Shown one piece after another: positions 10,401-18,255 of a stretch of DNA of 35,433 nucleotides. This stretch comes from Candidatus Woesearchaeota archaeon (GTDB lineage: Archaea; Nanobdellota; Nanobdellia; SCGC-AAA011-G17; GW2011-AR17). Each line of letters begins with the position of its first letter. Within the stretch, counting starts at the first letter, position 1. The notes under the pieces are model-generated. The model ran no database searches. It was given only the letters and a program-made list of their open reading frames with translations, and was not told the DNA's origin. The position numbers and the translations under genes are program-made. The DNA lies in the NCBI GenBank assembly GCA_003694495.1, contig RFJO01000038.1:1-35433 (forward strand), read 5' to 3'.

Positions 10401-10796
10401 AATGTTGTTGCATTTTTTTTCTGTAACATACGCACAACTTGCACCTGCTAACACACAACAACCCTTGTTGCATTCTTTTACTGAGTCGCATGTTGCGTCA
10501 GGGTTCCATGTGTAACCTGCGTTCTCGCACGCTGCCTGTGATGTCTGCTTTGAACATGATCCGTCAGGGGAAATGCAACAGCCTAACTTGCAAAAAGACG
10601 TGTCTTCACATTTTTGATAGTTGGCAACTTTGTAAGAGTCGTCGCATTGAGATGAAGAAGTGTAAACACAACTTTCACCGGATAAAGTTTGCTCGCAACA
10701 TGCTTTGCCATCATCTTCTGCAGTTACAGGAAGTAAGTAAACAGTGAAAGTAATACTAATAACTAGGTAAATCATGAACAATGCTTTAAGCTTCAT
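7455..10796 (-). CDS. Giant secreted Cys-rich multidomain protein, paralog B (1113 aa)
   Basis: Signal peptide, then the same ordered motifs as paralog A (CCEQTLSG, DVYWFDSCGN, NGESWC, GDCGAHYN, WQPPPG, PCSEYKCMSLG, QTNEPSMC). Central hydrophobic segment. Confidence 0.9.
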   Translation of the reverse strand: MKLKALFMIYLVISITFTVYLLPVTAEDDGKACCEQTLSGESCVYTSSSQCDDSYKVANYQKCEDTSFCKLGCCISPDGSCSKQTSQAACENAGYTWNPDATCDSVKECNKGCCVLAGASCAYVTEKKCNNILLDYPELSKDFRQSKSEQECSDICRQADRGCCVKSANEECVWTSRATCNMQDGIGGEGFYEGLFCSNNNLPCEQCKAHSYKGCLDGTDDVYWFDSCGNPEGVAEDCDYAKGTLCGQTQDGDYVCKSLDCPTTWDNPVVEGDGGRRINGESWCEFDGAIGPSLDLPGSRHYRHICINGEEIVEPCKDFREEVCLQSDVYETLNTGIKETAEGKISATAQNYLFSEAACKENRWKDCTTICNTAKDKTSPEDIALAMKLDKECCERSDLRDCFWAGDENSGTCIPQHPPGFRFWNPQKQTKSATTQTASDQTCSTATKKCTTVFTKMIYTNWKWSCVKEGNCECFSNDYIKEQNNYCRSIGDCGAHYNYIGGFSKEGFLRSWDHSYQGWDIIFDRGKSFQSSYYNRQSEEPKMQVDQTMAGAFEEVWHKANKELYLSNLNAEDVYKDKKIAQAITKGIGITVQLTGLILKAIGTSAASSAASWVSGIGALVTLYIVLTEIVFRKYQKRTVTTECKLWQPPPGSDNCAKCDEDPMSPCSEYKCMSLGAGCKFIKENEGTSRPKCIAADPNDVNKPIITPWNEAFKLTYQGKDITTDYSIVEKQNGYLIGSKKLPAFSKLYFGIQTNEPSMCKLDKELKYTFNDLSLRFNESYFDKVHNYYIGNLQPATDYKFYVICKDANGNPKDDKRSPPYVIEFSTDRAPDLEPPRLISSSIPDMGYVAANANETSLTLVVDEVSPFSCRASTQDMPFDQMPLNMTCAEMPPDSIYSKYAECQVKLPVRDGLNTYYFRCRDEPENSQVRNENSESYIWRASKAEPLIITALSPSGTIYSSNITLQVKTAKGALNGKSICYYNNIEFFNTNSTYHTQVLSGLTKQQYDYIIECRDIANNVARENLSFTVDIDTEPPEITGLSYTGALLEVMLNEDASCSYSTNNEDYSQLPTSQIVSINVDPLTEKIYLTCKDVHDNEMSSTIFLRTQLQPPV

Positions 10797-10818
10797 TGAG
10801 AAATATAATAGAAAGAGA

Positions 10819-10826
10819 TATTTAAA
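10819..10826 (-). promoter_or_regulatory. Putative BRE/TATA for paralog B
   Basis: AAAGCA-TTTAAATA on the minus strand about 23 nt upstream of ATG 10796. Confidence 0.55.
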
Positions 10827-10833
10827 TGCTTTA

Positions 10834-13800
10834 CTATGAACCTATTGTCTTAACATTTGATGGAGTAGAAGTTGGAGCGTTTGGAATGGTGGGTAAGACG
10901 GATTTTTTTACAACTTTAATCCTTGGCAAGTAAGGTACAATGTTTACCGGGTTCATGATGTTGTCAAACAAGTCTTTACAAATTAAAGTGTAACTCCCTT
11001 CACCGGATAAAGAATGAATATCAGAGTTTATCGCAGAAGTTTTGCCTTGCCCGAAAACAAAGCTTGAGTTCATGTACTCGCACGTGGCTGGCTCGTTTAG
11101 TTTTACTATAATATTATCTCCGGATTTTTTTAACGATGTTACAAAGGGTGCGTCATAGTCTCTTATTGAGGTGAAGTTGATTTCAGTTAGTGCAACGTTT
11201 TCAACGTAGTCAGTGCAACGAATGTTGAAGTTGTATTGCCCTGGGGGAAGGTCAGTGAAAACGTTTTCATTTTTTGAAGTGTTTGTCACGCCGAACGCGC
11301 CCGAGACTTTATCACTGTCGTAAGTGCATGAAGCTGTGCCGTCAGCGCCGCCGGAAACCTGTACGAACATCGTGATGTTTTTATCGTACAATTCGCCTGA
11401 AGGACCTTTTGCAATGATTTCCAATGGAGGGGTTTTCTCAAACTGTACAACGTAACTTTCAGTGTTGGTGTTAGGTTCAGAGTTGACAGGGTGGTCCTGG
11501 CAACGGATGTAGTAAGTGTTTGCGCCTTCGCTAACGTTTACTAATGCGGCGCAGTAGTTGTAGGATGAGTAAAGTGACTCTGGAGGGTTTTGCGCGCAGC
11601 CCATCTCTGTTTCCATTAATTCGTAATCTTGATCATGGGTGGAGATCTTACAATCAAACTCTGAAACTTCGTCAACATAAACCATTATTGGTGTGCTGTT
11701 TTTATTATGTGCAATCTTGTTGTTTTTTGGAAGGTAAGTTGAAACTATGTAAGGCACGTCAAGGTCGGGAGAGTTGTCGGTCTTGAACTCTATAATGTAC
11801 GGCGTAACGTATTCGTCGTCTTTAGGGTTAGGCTGGCTGTCCCTGCAGGCGATGTAAAACTTGTACTCTGTGTCCGGCTGAAGGTTGTTGTATGTGATGT
11901 TATGAACACTGTCGTAAAACGTGTCTGGCATAGGAGATGTGTAGTCGGTGAAAAGGTATTTGTCTTTAAACTCGGTTGTGTAATAACACTGTGAAGGTTC
12001 ATTGGTTTGAATGCCGAAGGATACTTTTGAAAAGGCTGGAACCTCTGGATTTATTTTGTAGCCTGATGGTGTAGATGAGATTGTGTACTGTTGGGTTATA
12101 TCGTTGCGTTTTGAAACAACTTTTAATGATTCAGGGTGAGGTTTGATGACGGGTTTTTCAACATCTTTTGGATTAGCGTTAATACAGGTTTCCCTGCCAG
12201 TGCCTTCGTTTTCTGCAATGAAACGACAGTTTGCGCCCAGTGACCTGCAACGGTATTCCGAGCAAGGCTTCATTGGGTTTTCGTCGCATTTTGAACAATC
12301 GTCGCCGCCTGGAGGAGGTTGCCATGGCTGGCAGGTTACTGTTACTGTTCTGTCTTCTGTTTCTGGCCAGGTGAAAGCAATTGTTAGTGCTGCTATAATC
12401 ACTCCGATGGCAGCAATAACCCATCCAATAACAGGTATTGATGCAGAAACCAATACCGGGGCAGCTATAGCTTCTAAAATTGCAACGTATGCTACCATGC
12501 CCAATCCAACTAAAGCAATAGTCCCACCAATAACGCCTCCAGATATTGCTCCTTCATAGCCTCTTATACCACCTAATTTGCCCCAATAATCTTGCATACT
12601 AAACTTACCAAAATCAAGAGCATTGCCTGCCTGTTTCCATTTTTCCAAAAAGTTTCCGGCCATTTCTTCATCTACTCTAATTTTTGGATTACCAACTGGA
12701 TCTTTTTCCCATGTTCTAATTGAACCATCATTAGTAAATTTCCCTAAATAATTATAATGTGCGCCGCAATCTCCAAGGCTTCTACAGAACTGGTTCCTTG
12801 TTTGCAAAAACTCATCTTTGTAAACATCACAGTTATTTTTGCATTCCCATTTTGACGTAACATCTAATTTTTTCCTACCCCACTTTGCTTTCGCTTCATA
12901 AGTTCCTTTTTCGCATTCTTCAACTGCACTTGCGTCAGGAGTTTGCTGGTTTTCATCATCAGACCAAAACTTTAACCCTGGAGCAACTAATGGGATGCAA
13001 AGACCATTATTTTCATCTTCACTAATCCATTCACAATCCCTTAAATCACTCCGTTCACAACATTGCTTATCTTCTTTCATTCTAATCTTTTGTTCTTCTT
13101 CATCTTTTGCATCTTTAGCAGTGTTGCAGGTAGTGGTACAATCTTTCCATCTGTTTGGTTTACATTGCGCAACTTTCATTTCTCCTTGAGGCGCATCTGT
13201 GGCAGTTATCGAAGTACAAATCTCTTCCCTGTAATCTTTACACGGCTCAACAATCTCTTGACCGTTAATGCAAATGTGACGATAATGCCTGGAACCAACC
13301 ACGTCAAAAGTTGGGCCAACCTTTGCATCATAAGAACACCAACTTTCGCCATTCAACCTTGTTTTACCGTTTTGAGGGTCAGTAGATGTTGGGTCTTCCC
13401 AGGTAGTGATACAGTTTACACTTTTACAGTAAGCTTCTTCATGAAACGAGTCCGCTTCACTGCAAATTGAACTTTTGTAAGTGTAATCACAATCTTCTGC
13501 AACATCTTCTGGGTTACCACAGGAGTCAAACCAGTAAACGTCTTCTTCACCGTCAAGGCAACCTTTTCTGTAATGCCTTTCACATTCGCAGTTTAAGTTT
13601 TGGTTAGAACAGAAAACGTCTTTATAGAACCCGTTACCGCCAACACCGTCAGGCAACCCGCAATTTCCTCTCGTGCCCCATGTGCAGCTATCATCTTTAA
13701 CACAACACCCCCTGTCGGCTGAACGGCAAATTGCAGTGCACTCAAACTCTGAGCCCGACTGCCTAAAATCTTTATCAAGCTCAGGGTAATTTTCTAGCAT

Positions 13801-14220
13801 AATATCGCACCTTTGTTCTGTCACGTAAGAACAAGTTGCACCGCCAAGAACGCAACAACCTTTCTTGCATTCTTGTACAGAGGAACATTCCGCGTCAGCC
13901 ACCCATTTGAACCCTTGCAGTTCGCAAGCAGCTTTAGAAGTCTGTTTTGAACATGATCCTTCGTCAGTAACACAACAACCTAATGCGCAGTAAGTTGTAT
14001 CTTCACATTTCTTGAACGTCTCAATATTATAATCCTGGTTGCAGTTTTCAACTGAAGTGTAAACGCAATTGTCTCCAGATATAGTTTGCTCACAACAGGC
14101 CATGTCTTTTAACTCTTCCTCAGCTGAAACTTCTTTCAAAGCTACACCCGAAATGAATGTTAAGCTTATTATAAGATAAATCATAAAAACAGCTTTTTCT
14201 TTTATCAACCCTTTTTTCAT
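10834..14220 (-). CDS. Giant secreted Cys-rich multidomain protein, paralog C (1128 aa)
   Basis: Signal peptide and the same ordered motifs as A and B. About 60-aa Gly/Ala-rich hydrophobic stretch GAISGGVIGG..IPVIGWVIAAIGVIIAALTIAFTW. Pro/Thr/Ser-rich tail. Confidence 0.9.
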   Translation of the reverse strand: MKKGLIKEKAVFMIYLIISLTFISGVALKEVSAEEELKDMACCEQTISGDNCVYTSVENCNQDYNIETFKKCEDTTYCALGCCVTDEGSCSKQTSKAACELQGFKWVADAECSSVQECKKGCCVLGGATCSYVTEQRCDIMLENYPELDKDFRQSGSEFECTAICRSADRGCCVKDDSCTWGTRGNCGLPDGVGGNGFYKDVFCSNQNLNCECERHYRKGCLDGEEDVYWFDSCGNPEDVAEDCDYTYKSSICSEADSFHEEAYCKSVNCITTWEDPTSTDPQNGKTRLNGESWCSYDAKVGPTFDVVGSRHYRHICINGQEIVEPCKDYREEICTSITATDAPQGEMKVAQCKPNRWKDCTTTCNTAKDAKDEEEQKIRMKEDKQCCERSDLRDCEWISEDENNGLCIPLVAPGLKFWSDDENQQTPDASAVEECEKGTYEAKAKWGRKKLDVTSKWECKNNCDVYKDEFLQTRNQFCRSLGDCGAHYNYLGKFTNDGSIRTWEKDPVGNPKIRVDEEMAGNFLEKWKQAGNALDFGKFSMQDYWGKLGGIRGYEGAISGGVIGGTIALVGLGMVAYVAILEAIAAPVLVSASIPVIGWVIAAIGVIIAALTIAFTWPETEDRTVTVTCQPWQPPPGGDDCSKCDENPMKPCSEYRCRSLGANCRFIAENEGTGRETCINANPKDVEKPVIKPHPESLKVVSKRNDITQQYTISSTPSGYKINPEVPAFSKVSFGIQTNEPSQCYYTTEFKDKYLFTDYTSPMPDTFYDSVHNITYNNLQPDTEYKFYIACRDSQPNPKDDEYVTPYIIEFKTDNSPDLDVPYIVSTYLPKNNKIAHNKNSTPIMVYVDEVSEFDCKISTHDQDYELMETEMGCAQNPPESLYSSYNYCAALVNVSEGANTYYIRCQDHPVNSEPNTNTESYVVQFEKTPPLEIIAKGPSGELYDKNITMFVQVSGGADGTASCTYDSDKVSGAFGVTNTSKNENVFTDLPPGQYNFNIRCTDYVENVALTEINFTSIRDYDAPFVTSLKKSGDNIIVKLNEPATCEYMNSSFVFGQGKTSAINSDIHSLSGEGSYTLICKDLFDNIMNPVNIVPYLPRIKVVKKSVLPTIPNAPTSTPSNVKTIGS

Positions 14221-14241
14221 TAGTTGTATTAAGTTTTAGTA

Positions 14242-14249
14242 AATTTAAA
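14242..14249 (-). promoter_or_regulatory. Putative BRE/TATA for paralog C
   Basis: AAAAAGCT-TTTAAATT on the minus strand about 22 nt upstream of ATG 14220. Confidence 0.45.
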
Positions 14250-14258
14250 AGCTTTTTG

Positions 14259-14492
14259 TTACTTTTTAATAAACTTAAATATTGAACATGAATAGTATAG
14301 ATGCATTAACAATAAAACTACTAAGGCGTAAATTAAGTTTGAGTGAATCTTGAATGATAAGGATTTGGTGAGCAGGCCAAATGTGATGGATTCTATAAAT
14401 CTATATTGAGTTATCCCAAAGCCGGTTATTATATACAATACTATGACTGCCAAAAGCAAATGCGCTGAGATTAGTCTTAACTTTTTTTTCAT
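14259..14492 (-). CDS. Small two-helix membrane protein with three His (possible heme-binding partner of the oxidoreductase)
   Basis: Two hydrophobic helices, ITGFG motif, His at 11, 50 and 64. ATGA overlap with the oxidoreductase stop. Confidence 0.6.
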   Translation of the reverse strand: MKKKLRLISAHLLLAVIVLYIITGFGITQYRFIESITFGLLTKSLSFKIHSNLIYALVVLLLMHLYYSCSIFKFIKK

Positions 14493-15127
14493 TCTAAAAA
14501 CCCATCGTCAAGGTTGCCTGTGTTTGAGTATCCTCTACTTTCCCAATAACCTTTATAATCACTGTTGTTTGAAACTTCTATCCTTGTTATCCATTTAATC
14601 CATTTGTAGCCCCATTTGTCCTCAGCTACAAGCTGGAACGGGTAGCCTCTCTCCGGAGGAAGAACAACATCGTTCATTTTGTACGCCATTATGATGTCGT
14701 TGTCAAGCAGGTAACTTAACGGGAATGATGTAGAGTAACCGTCGTAAGCGTAAAATATCACAGTTGTGGCTTCAGGCAAAATGCCGGCGTCATTTAAAAT
14801 GTCTTTCACCAAAACTCCTTCCCATAAAATGTTAGCGCTCCAACCTTCAACACAGTTTAATTTTACAACCTTTTTATATTTTTGATACGATAACACGTCA
14901 TCGTAAGTTAAACTTAGTTTGTTTTTAACTAACCCGTTAACTTTAAGCTTATAATCTGCAATGTTGATATATTGAGGGCCTTTGATTGAGTTTTCCCTGA
15001 AATCTGAAACAGAGTCTAACTTTTTGCCTTGGTATTCCCTAACTTCTTTGCTTTGCAATTCTTTGACGTTTTGATTAACGCAACCTAGTAAGAGAATTAA
15101 AATTATGATTGTGAAAAAAGTTTTCAT
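14489..15127 (-). CDS. Molybdopterin-dependent oxidoreductase (sulfite oxidase/MsrP-like family), predicted lipoprotein
   Basis: Motifs LNCVEGWS (Mo-ligating Cys), WEGV, ERGYPFQLV, WGYKWIKWI, GYWESRGY. N-terminal lipobox LLLGC. Confidence 0.85.
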   Translation of the reverse strand: MKTFFTIIILILLLGCVNQNVKELQSKEVREYQGKKLDSVSDFRENSIKGPQYINIADYKLKVNGLVKNKLSLTYDDVLSYQKYKKVVKLNCVEGWSANILWEGVLVKDILNDAGILPEATTVIFYAYDGYSTSFPLSYLLDNDIIMAYKMNDVVLPPERGYPFQLVAEDKWGYKWIKWITRIEVSNNSDYKGYWESRGYSNTGNLDDGFLE

Positions 15128-15200
15128 GCTTTTTTGTAAGAGTTTATGTACATATAAATTTAACGATACTTTTTTATATTTAAGCTGCGTAAGAATTAAT

Positions 15201-15608
15201 ATGTTATCATTGATTATGGCATTGCTAGGAATACTTTATGCAGTGGTGGGTGCAACGGCAACATTGGCAAACCTTAACGTAAACGTGTTCATGCTGCCTT
15301 CATTATTTTACACACCAATCGCAACAAAGATAGCTTTGGCTATAGGCGCAATAATGCTGTTCATTGCATCGTGGCTGATAAAAGACATGAACGCAAGCCT
15401 TGACTGGAGCCTTATAATAACTTCCATAATTTTTCTTCCTATAGGAACCTTCCCATTGTTGCAGGATTATAACTTTTTTAACATGTTGCCGTTTACGCTT
15501 AAATTGGATTTGCCTAACATAGTGTACAGCGTAATGTTGTTCCTGTTTGGGATTTTTCTTATATTCTGGACAGTAAAAATGAGAAGGTCTTCTATGTTCT
15601 TCGGATAA
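15201..15608 (+). CDS. Uncharacterised multi-pass membrane protein (about 135 aa)
   Basis: Four hydrophobic segments. The start at 15201 avoids overlap with the divergent gene and follows TTTATATT. Confidence 0.65.
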   Translation: MLSLIMALLGILYAVVGATATLANLNVNVFMLPSLFYTPIATKIALAIGAIMLFIASWLIKDMNASLDWSLIITSIIFLPIGTFPLLQDYNFFNMLPFTLKLDLPNIVYSVMLFLFGIFLIFWTVKMRRSSMFFG

Positions 15609-15659
15609 ATATATCCTGAATCAGCATAAACTTAATAAACAAATAATATATTCCAACAG

Positions 15660-16409
15660 ATGAAAATGAATTTGACATTAGCAGAACCAAGGTTGTTGAA
15701 AGAAAGCGTGAATATTATATCTGAACTTGTGAACGAAGTGACGTTTAAGGTTGACCCTGCAAAGATTGAACTTGTTGCAATGGATCCTGCAAACGTCGCA
15801 ATGGTGGATTTTAAGCTGCTTAGCACGGCGTTTGCCGAGTATGATGTTAAAGAAGATAAAGAAATCTCTGTTAACCTTGATAATCTTAAAGCAATATTGA
15901 AAAGAGCAAAGCCTACGGATACAATCCAGCTTAAACTGGATGAAGAAAAAAACAGGTTGAAGATTGAACTTGTTGGGGAAAATAAAAGAACATTTAACTT
16001 AGCATTGTTAAATGTTGACGAGGGTGAACAAAAAGTGCCAAACCTTGAGTTTGGTGCAAGGGTTGAAACCTCTACAACCAAGTTTGATGAAGCTATAGAA
16101 GACATGGGCGTGGTGGCTGAGTCTGTTGCATTGATGGTTGAGGACGGAAAGTTTGTGGTTAAGTCTGAAAGCAACTTTAGTGATGCAAGCGTAGTTATAC
16201 CGCAGACAGAAGAAACCAAAATTGATGCCGGAGAAAATGTGCGTGCAAAGTATTCCATCGAGTACCTGAAAAAGATGATTAAAGGGTCTAAGCTAGCAGA
16301 CAATATTGTTATAAGCTTTGGCATGGATTATCCTCTGAAGATTGAGTATATTCTATTGGACAAGCTTAAGTTAGGATTCGTTCTTGCGCCTAGGGTAAGT
16401 AATGATTAA
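15660..16409 (+). CDS. pcn: DNA sliding clamp PCNA
   Basis: AMDPANVAMVD, KYSIEYLKKM, DYPLKIEY, FVLAPRV. 249 aa. Confidence 0.97.
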   Translation: MKMNLTLAEPRLLKESVNIISELVNEVTFKVDPAKIELVAMDPANVAMVDFKLLSTAFAEYDVKEDKEISVNLDNLKAILKRAKPTDTIQLKLDEEKNRLKIELVGENKRTFNLALLNVDEGEQKVPNLEFGARVETSTTKFDEAIEDMGVVAESVALMVEDGKFVVKSESNFSDASVVIPQTEETKIDAGENVRAKYSIEYLKKMIKGSKLADNIVISFGMDYPLKIEYILLDKLKLGFVLAPRVSND

Positions 16410-16454
16410 GACCTATCTCTTGAAGGAAAAATAAATTTATAGAAACATTTAAAT

Positions 16455-16475
16455 ATGTTATAATTATTATAACAT
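16455..16475. promoter_or_regulatory. Palindromic operator candidate abutting the TATA box of TA module 1
   Basis: ATGTTATAAT-T-ATTATAACAT (perfect 10-bp arms) directly after TTTAAATA (16448-16455) and just before ATG 16487. Confidence 0.55.
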
Positions 16476-16486
16476 TTGTTACTAAA

Positions 16487-17089
16487 ATGATAACAATACT
16501 AAAGCCAGGGTACTTCAAGATCATGCAACTTTTTTATAAGGATAAAACTGTCAAGCTGCACCTAAGGGAAATAGCAAGGCGGACAAAATTGCATGAGCCG
16601 AGCGTGTCAAGATTTTTAAGCAGCCTTGAAAAAGACCAAATGCTGAAGTCAGAGAAGGACGGTAACCTAAAGAAATACTCGGTTAAGAAAGGTTTGAGGG
16701 CTTATTTTTTATTTGAAGCAATTGATCTTGACCGTTTTGAAAAGCTTCCAAGCATAAGAAGAAACGCCATAAAAACGTATTTGGACAATCTTCCGGAAAA
16801 GCCGATCTTTGCAGTGCTTTTCGGCTCAACTGTAAAAGGAACATACAAAGAAGACTCAGACATAGACATCCTTATCATAACCAATAAGAAGATATCCGCA
16901 AAGAAAGCAGAAAAAGAAACAGATGCACTTACAGCAATGAAGATAAGCACGTTCCAGATGACTTATAAAGACTTCTTAACTGAACTTAAGATGAAAGAAG
17001 ACAAGGTTGTTCAATCAGCAATCAACTCAGGATATCCACTGATCAATCACATACAATACTATGAGGTGCTTTACGATGAGAGAATATGA
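16487..17089 (+). CDS. wHTH + minimal nucleotidyltransferase (MNT antitoxin)
   Basis: N-terminal HTH (HLREIARRTKLHEPSVSRFL) and the GS-x10-DxD motif FGSTVKGTYKEDSDID. Confidence 0.9.
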   Translation: MITILKPGYFKIMQLFYKDKTVKLHLREIARRTKLHEPSVSRFLSSLEKDQMLKSEKDGNLKKYSVKKGLRAYFLFEAIDLDRFEKLPSIRRNAIKTYLDNLPEKPIFAVLFGSTVKGTYKEDSDIDILIITNKKISAKKAEKETDALTAMKISTFQMTYKDFLTELKMKEDKVVQSAINSGYPLINHIQYYEVLYDERI

Positions 17090-17600
17090 CCTTCAAAAGT
17101 TGATTAATAATCCGGAAATTGTTGATAAGAAAATAAAAGAGCTCATGGAGAAGAAGTTATTGTTCAAGCAAGAGGTTGACAAAGAAGAGATGATGGGCTA
17201 CCTATTAAAGGCCGAACATAATTTGCGGTTTGTGTTAAAGATAATTAAAGAAAATTTCTTTGACTGGGCGCTGACTGGATGTTATTATAGCTGCTACCAT
17301 GCAGCACTTGCACTTATACAAAGCAAAGGATATACATCAAAAAATCATTTAGCAACCCTATGTGTAATCATAAAAGAGTTTTATAAAAAAGAACTTACAA
17401 AAGAAGACGTTGAGATACTCTCTAATTTCTTGGATTATGAAGATGTCTTATTTTATGTTGAAACAAAGCATAAACGTGAAGATGCTACATATTCGACTAA
17501 AACACACTTTGACAAGAATGAAGTGGAACGGCTGAGAATGCAGGCAACAATGTTTGTGAACAAGATTAAAGATGTCCTAAAAGAAGTCATTTATAGGTAA
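17076..17600 (+). CDS. HEPN-domain protein (cognate toxin, UPF0332-like)
   Basis: GCYYSCYHAALALI, SKNH, KREDATY. Overlaps the MNT stop. Confidence 0.85.
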   Translation: MREYDLQKLINNPEIVDKKIKELMEKKLLFKQEVDKEEMMGYLLKAEHNLRFVLKIIKENFFDWALTGCYYSCYHAALALIQSKGYTSKNHLATLCVIIKEFYKKELTKEDVEILSNFLDYEDVLFYVETKHKREDATYSTKTHFDKNEVERLRMQATMFVNKIKDVLKEVIYR

Positions 17601-17690
17601 TTAGAAATTGACAAAATGAGTTATTTTATTTATAATGGCAATTCAGAAAAACTAGTAGGCAATCTGTTGAATAAACTGATAAATTCAGAA

Positions 17691-17724
17691 TTAACTTAAG
17701 TTAATATGTTTTAACTAAGGTTAA
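17691..17724. promoter_or_regulatory. Tandem palindromic operator candidates for TA module 2
   Basis: TTAACTTAAGTTAA (perfect 14-bp palindrome, 17691-17704) and TTAACTAAGGTTAA (17711-17724), 20 bp apart, ending just before ATG 17726. Confidence 0.6.
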
Positions 17725-17725
17725 A

Positions 17726-18255
17726 ATGTATAAACATCCTTCCAAGAAAATATCCTGAGGGTATTATTTACTAAAAATGGGGCTGTCTTAAATCAAAGGC
17801 AGATCGCAAAGGCAGTAAATGCGAGCCCGCCAGGTGTTATGAAGGCATTGCCTCTTCTTGAAAAATTAGATTATATCAAATTAAAAAAGATAAAGAAACA
17901 AAAAGGTGGGCAATAATGTTAAACACATCAAATCAAAAAGTGATGTAACTAAAAATGGTTGATAACCTCAAACGATTATACGAATCAGGTCTTGCAGATG
18001 TTTTGGAAAAGGAGTTTGCTGGGGCAACAATAATTCTCTTCGGTTCTTACTCCAGAGGGGAAGACTTAAAGGGGTCAGATATAGACATTGCAGTTATAGG
18101 TAGAAAAGAGAAGGAATTAGATATTGAAAAATATGAAAAATTATTGCATAGGCCAATTTACATAAATTTTTATGAATCATGGAAAAAGATCCATAAGCAT
18201 TTAAAAAAATAATATATTAAACGGAATAGTTCTTGCTGAAAGTGTTGAAGTGTGA
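17726..18255 (+). pseudogene. Decayed wHTH-MNT antitoxin gene
   Basis: Pieces in different frames: MYK../FQENILRVLF..LNQRQIAKAVNASPPGVMKALPLLE../KDKETKRWAIMLNTSNQKVM*LKMVDNL..FGSYSRGEDLKGSDID../NNILNGIVLAESVEV*. Three frameshifts (two in A-runs) plus an in-frame TAA. Confidence 0.85.

Noticed and set aside
2639..14220. Giants as HAP2/fusexin or TraN homologues, or as diversity-generating retroelement targets
   Set aside because: No C-terminal TM anchor or recognisable fusexin motifs, and TraN similarity is only compositional. No reverse transcriptase or adenine-specific TR/VR pair was seen.
15632..16324. 230-aa minus-strand ORF
   Set aside because: Antisense shadow of PCNA.
17616..17699. 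27-codon ORF between the TA modules, with AATTCAGAA repeated
   Set aside because: Too short, no recognisable motif.
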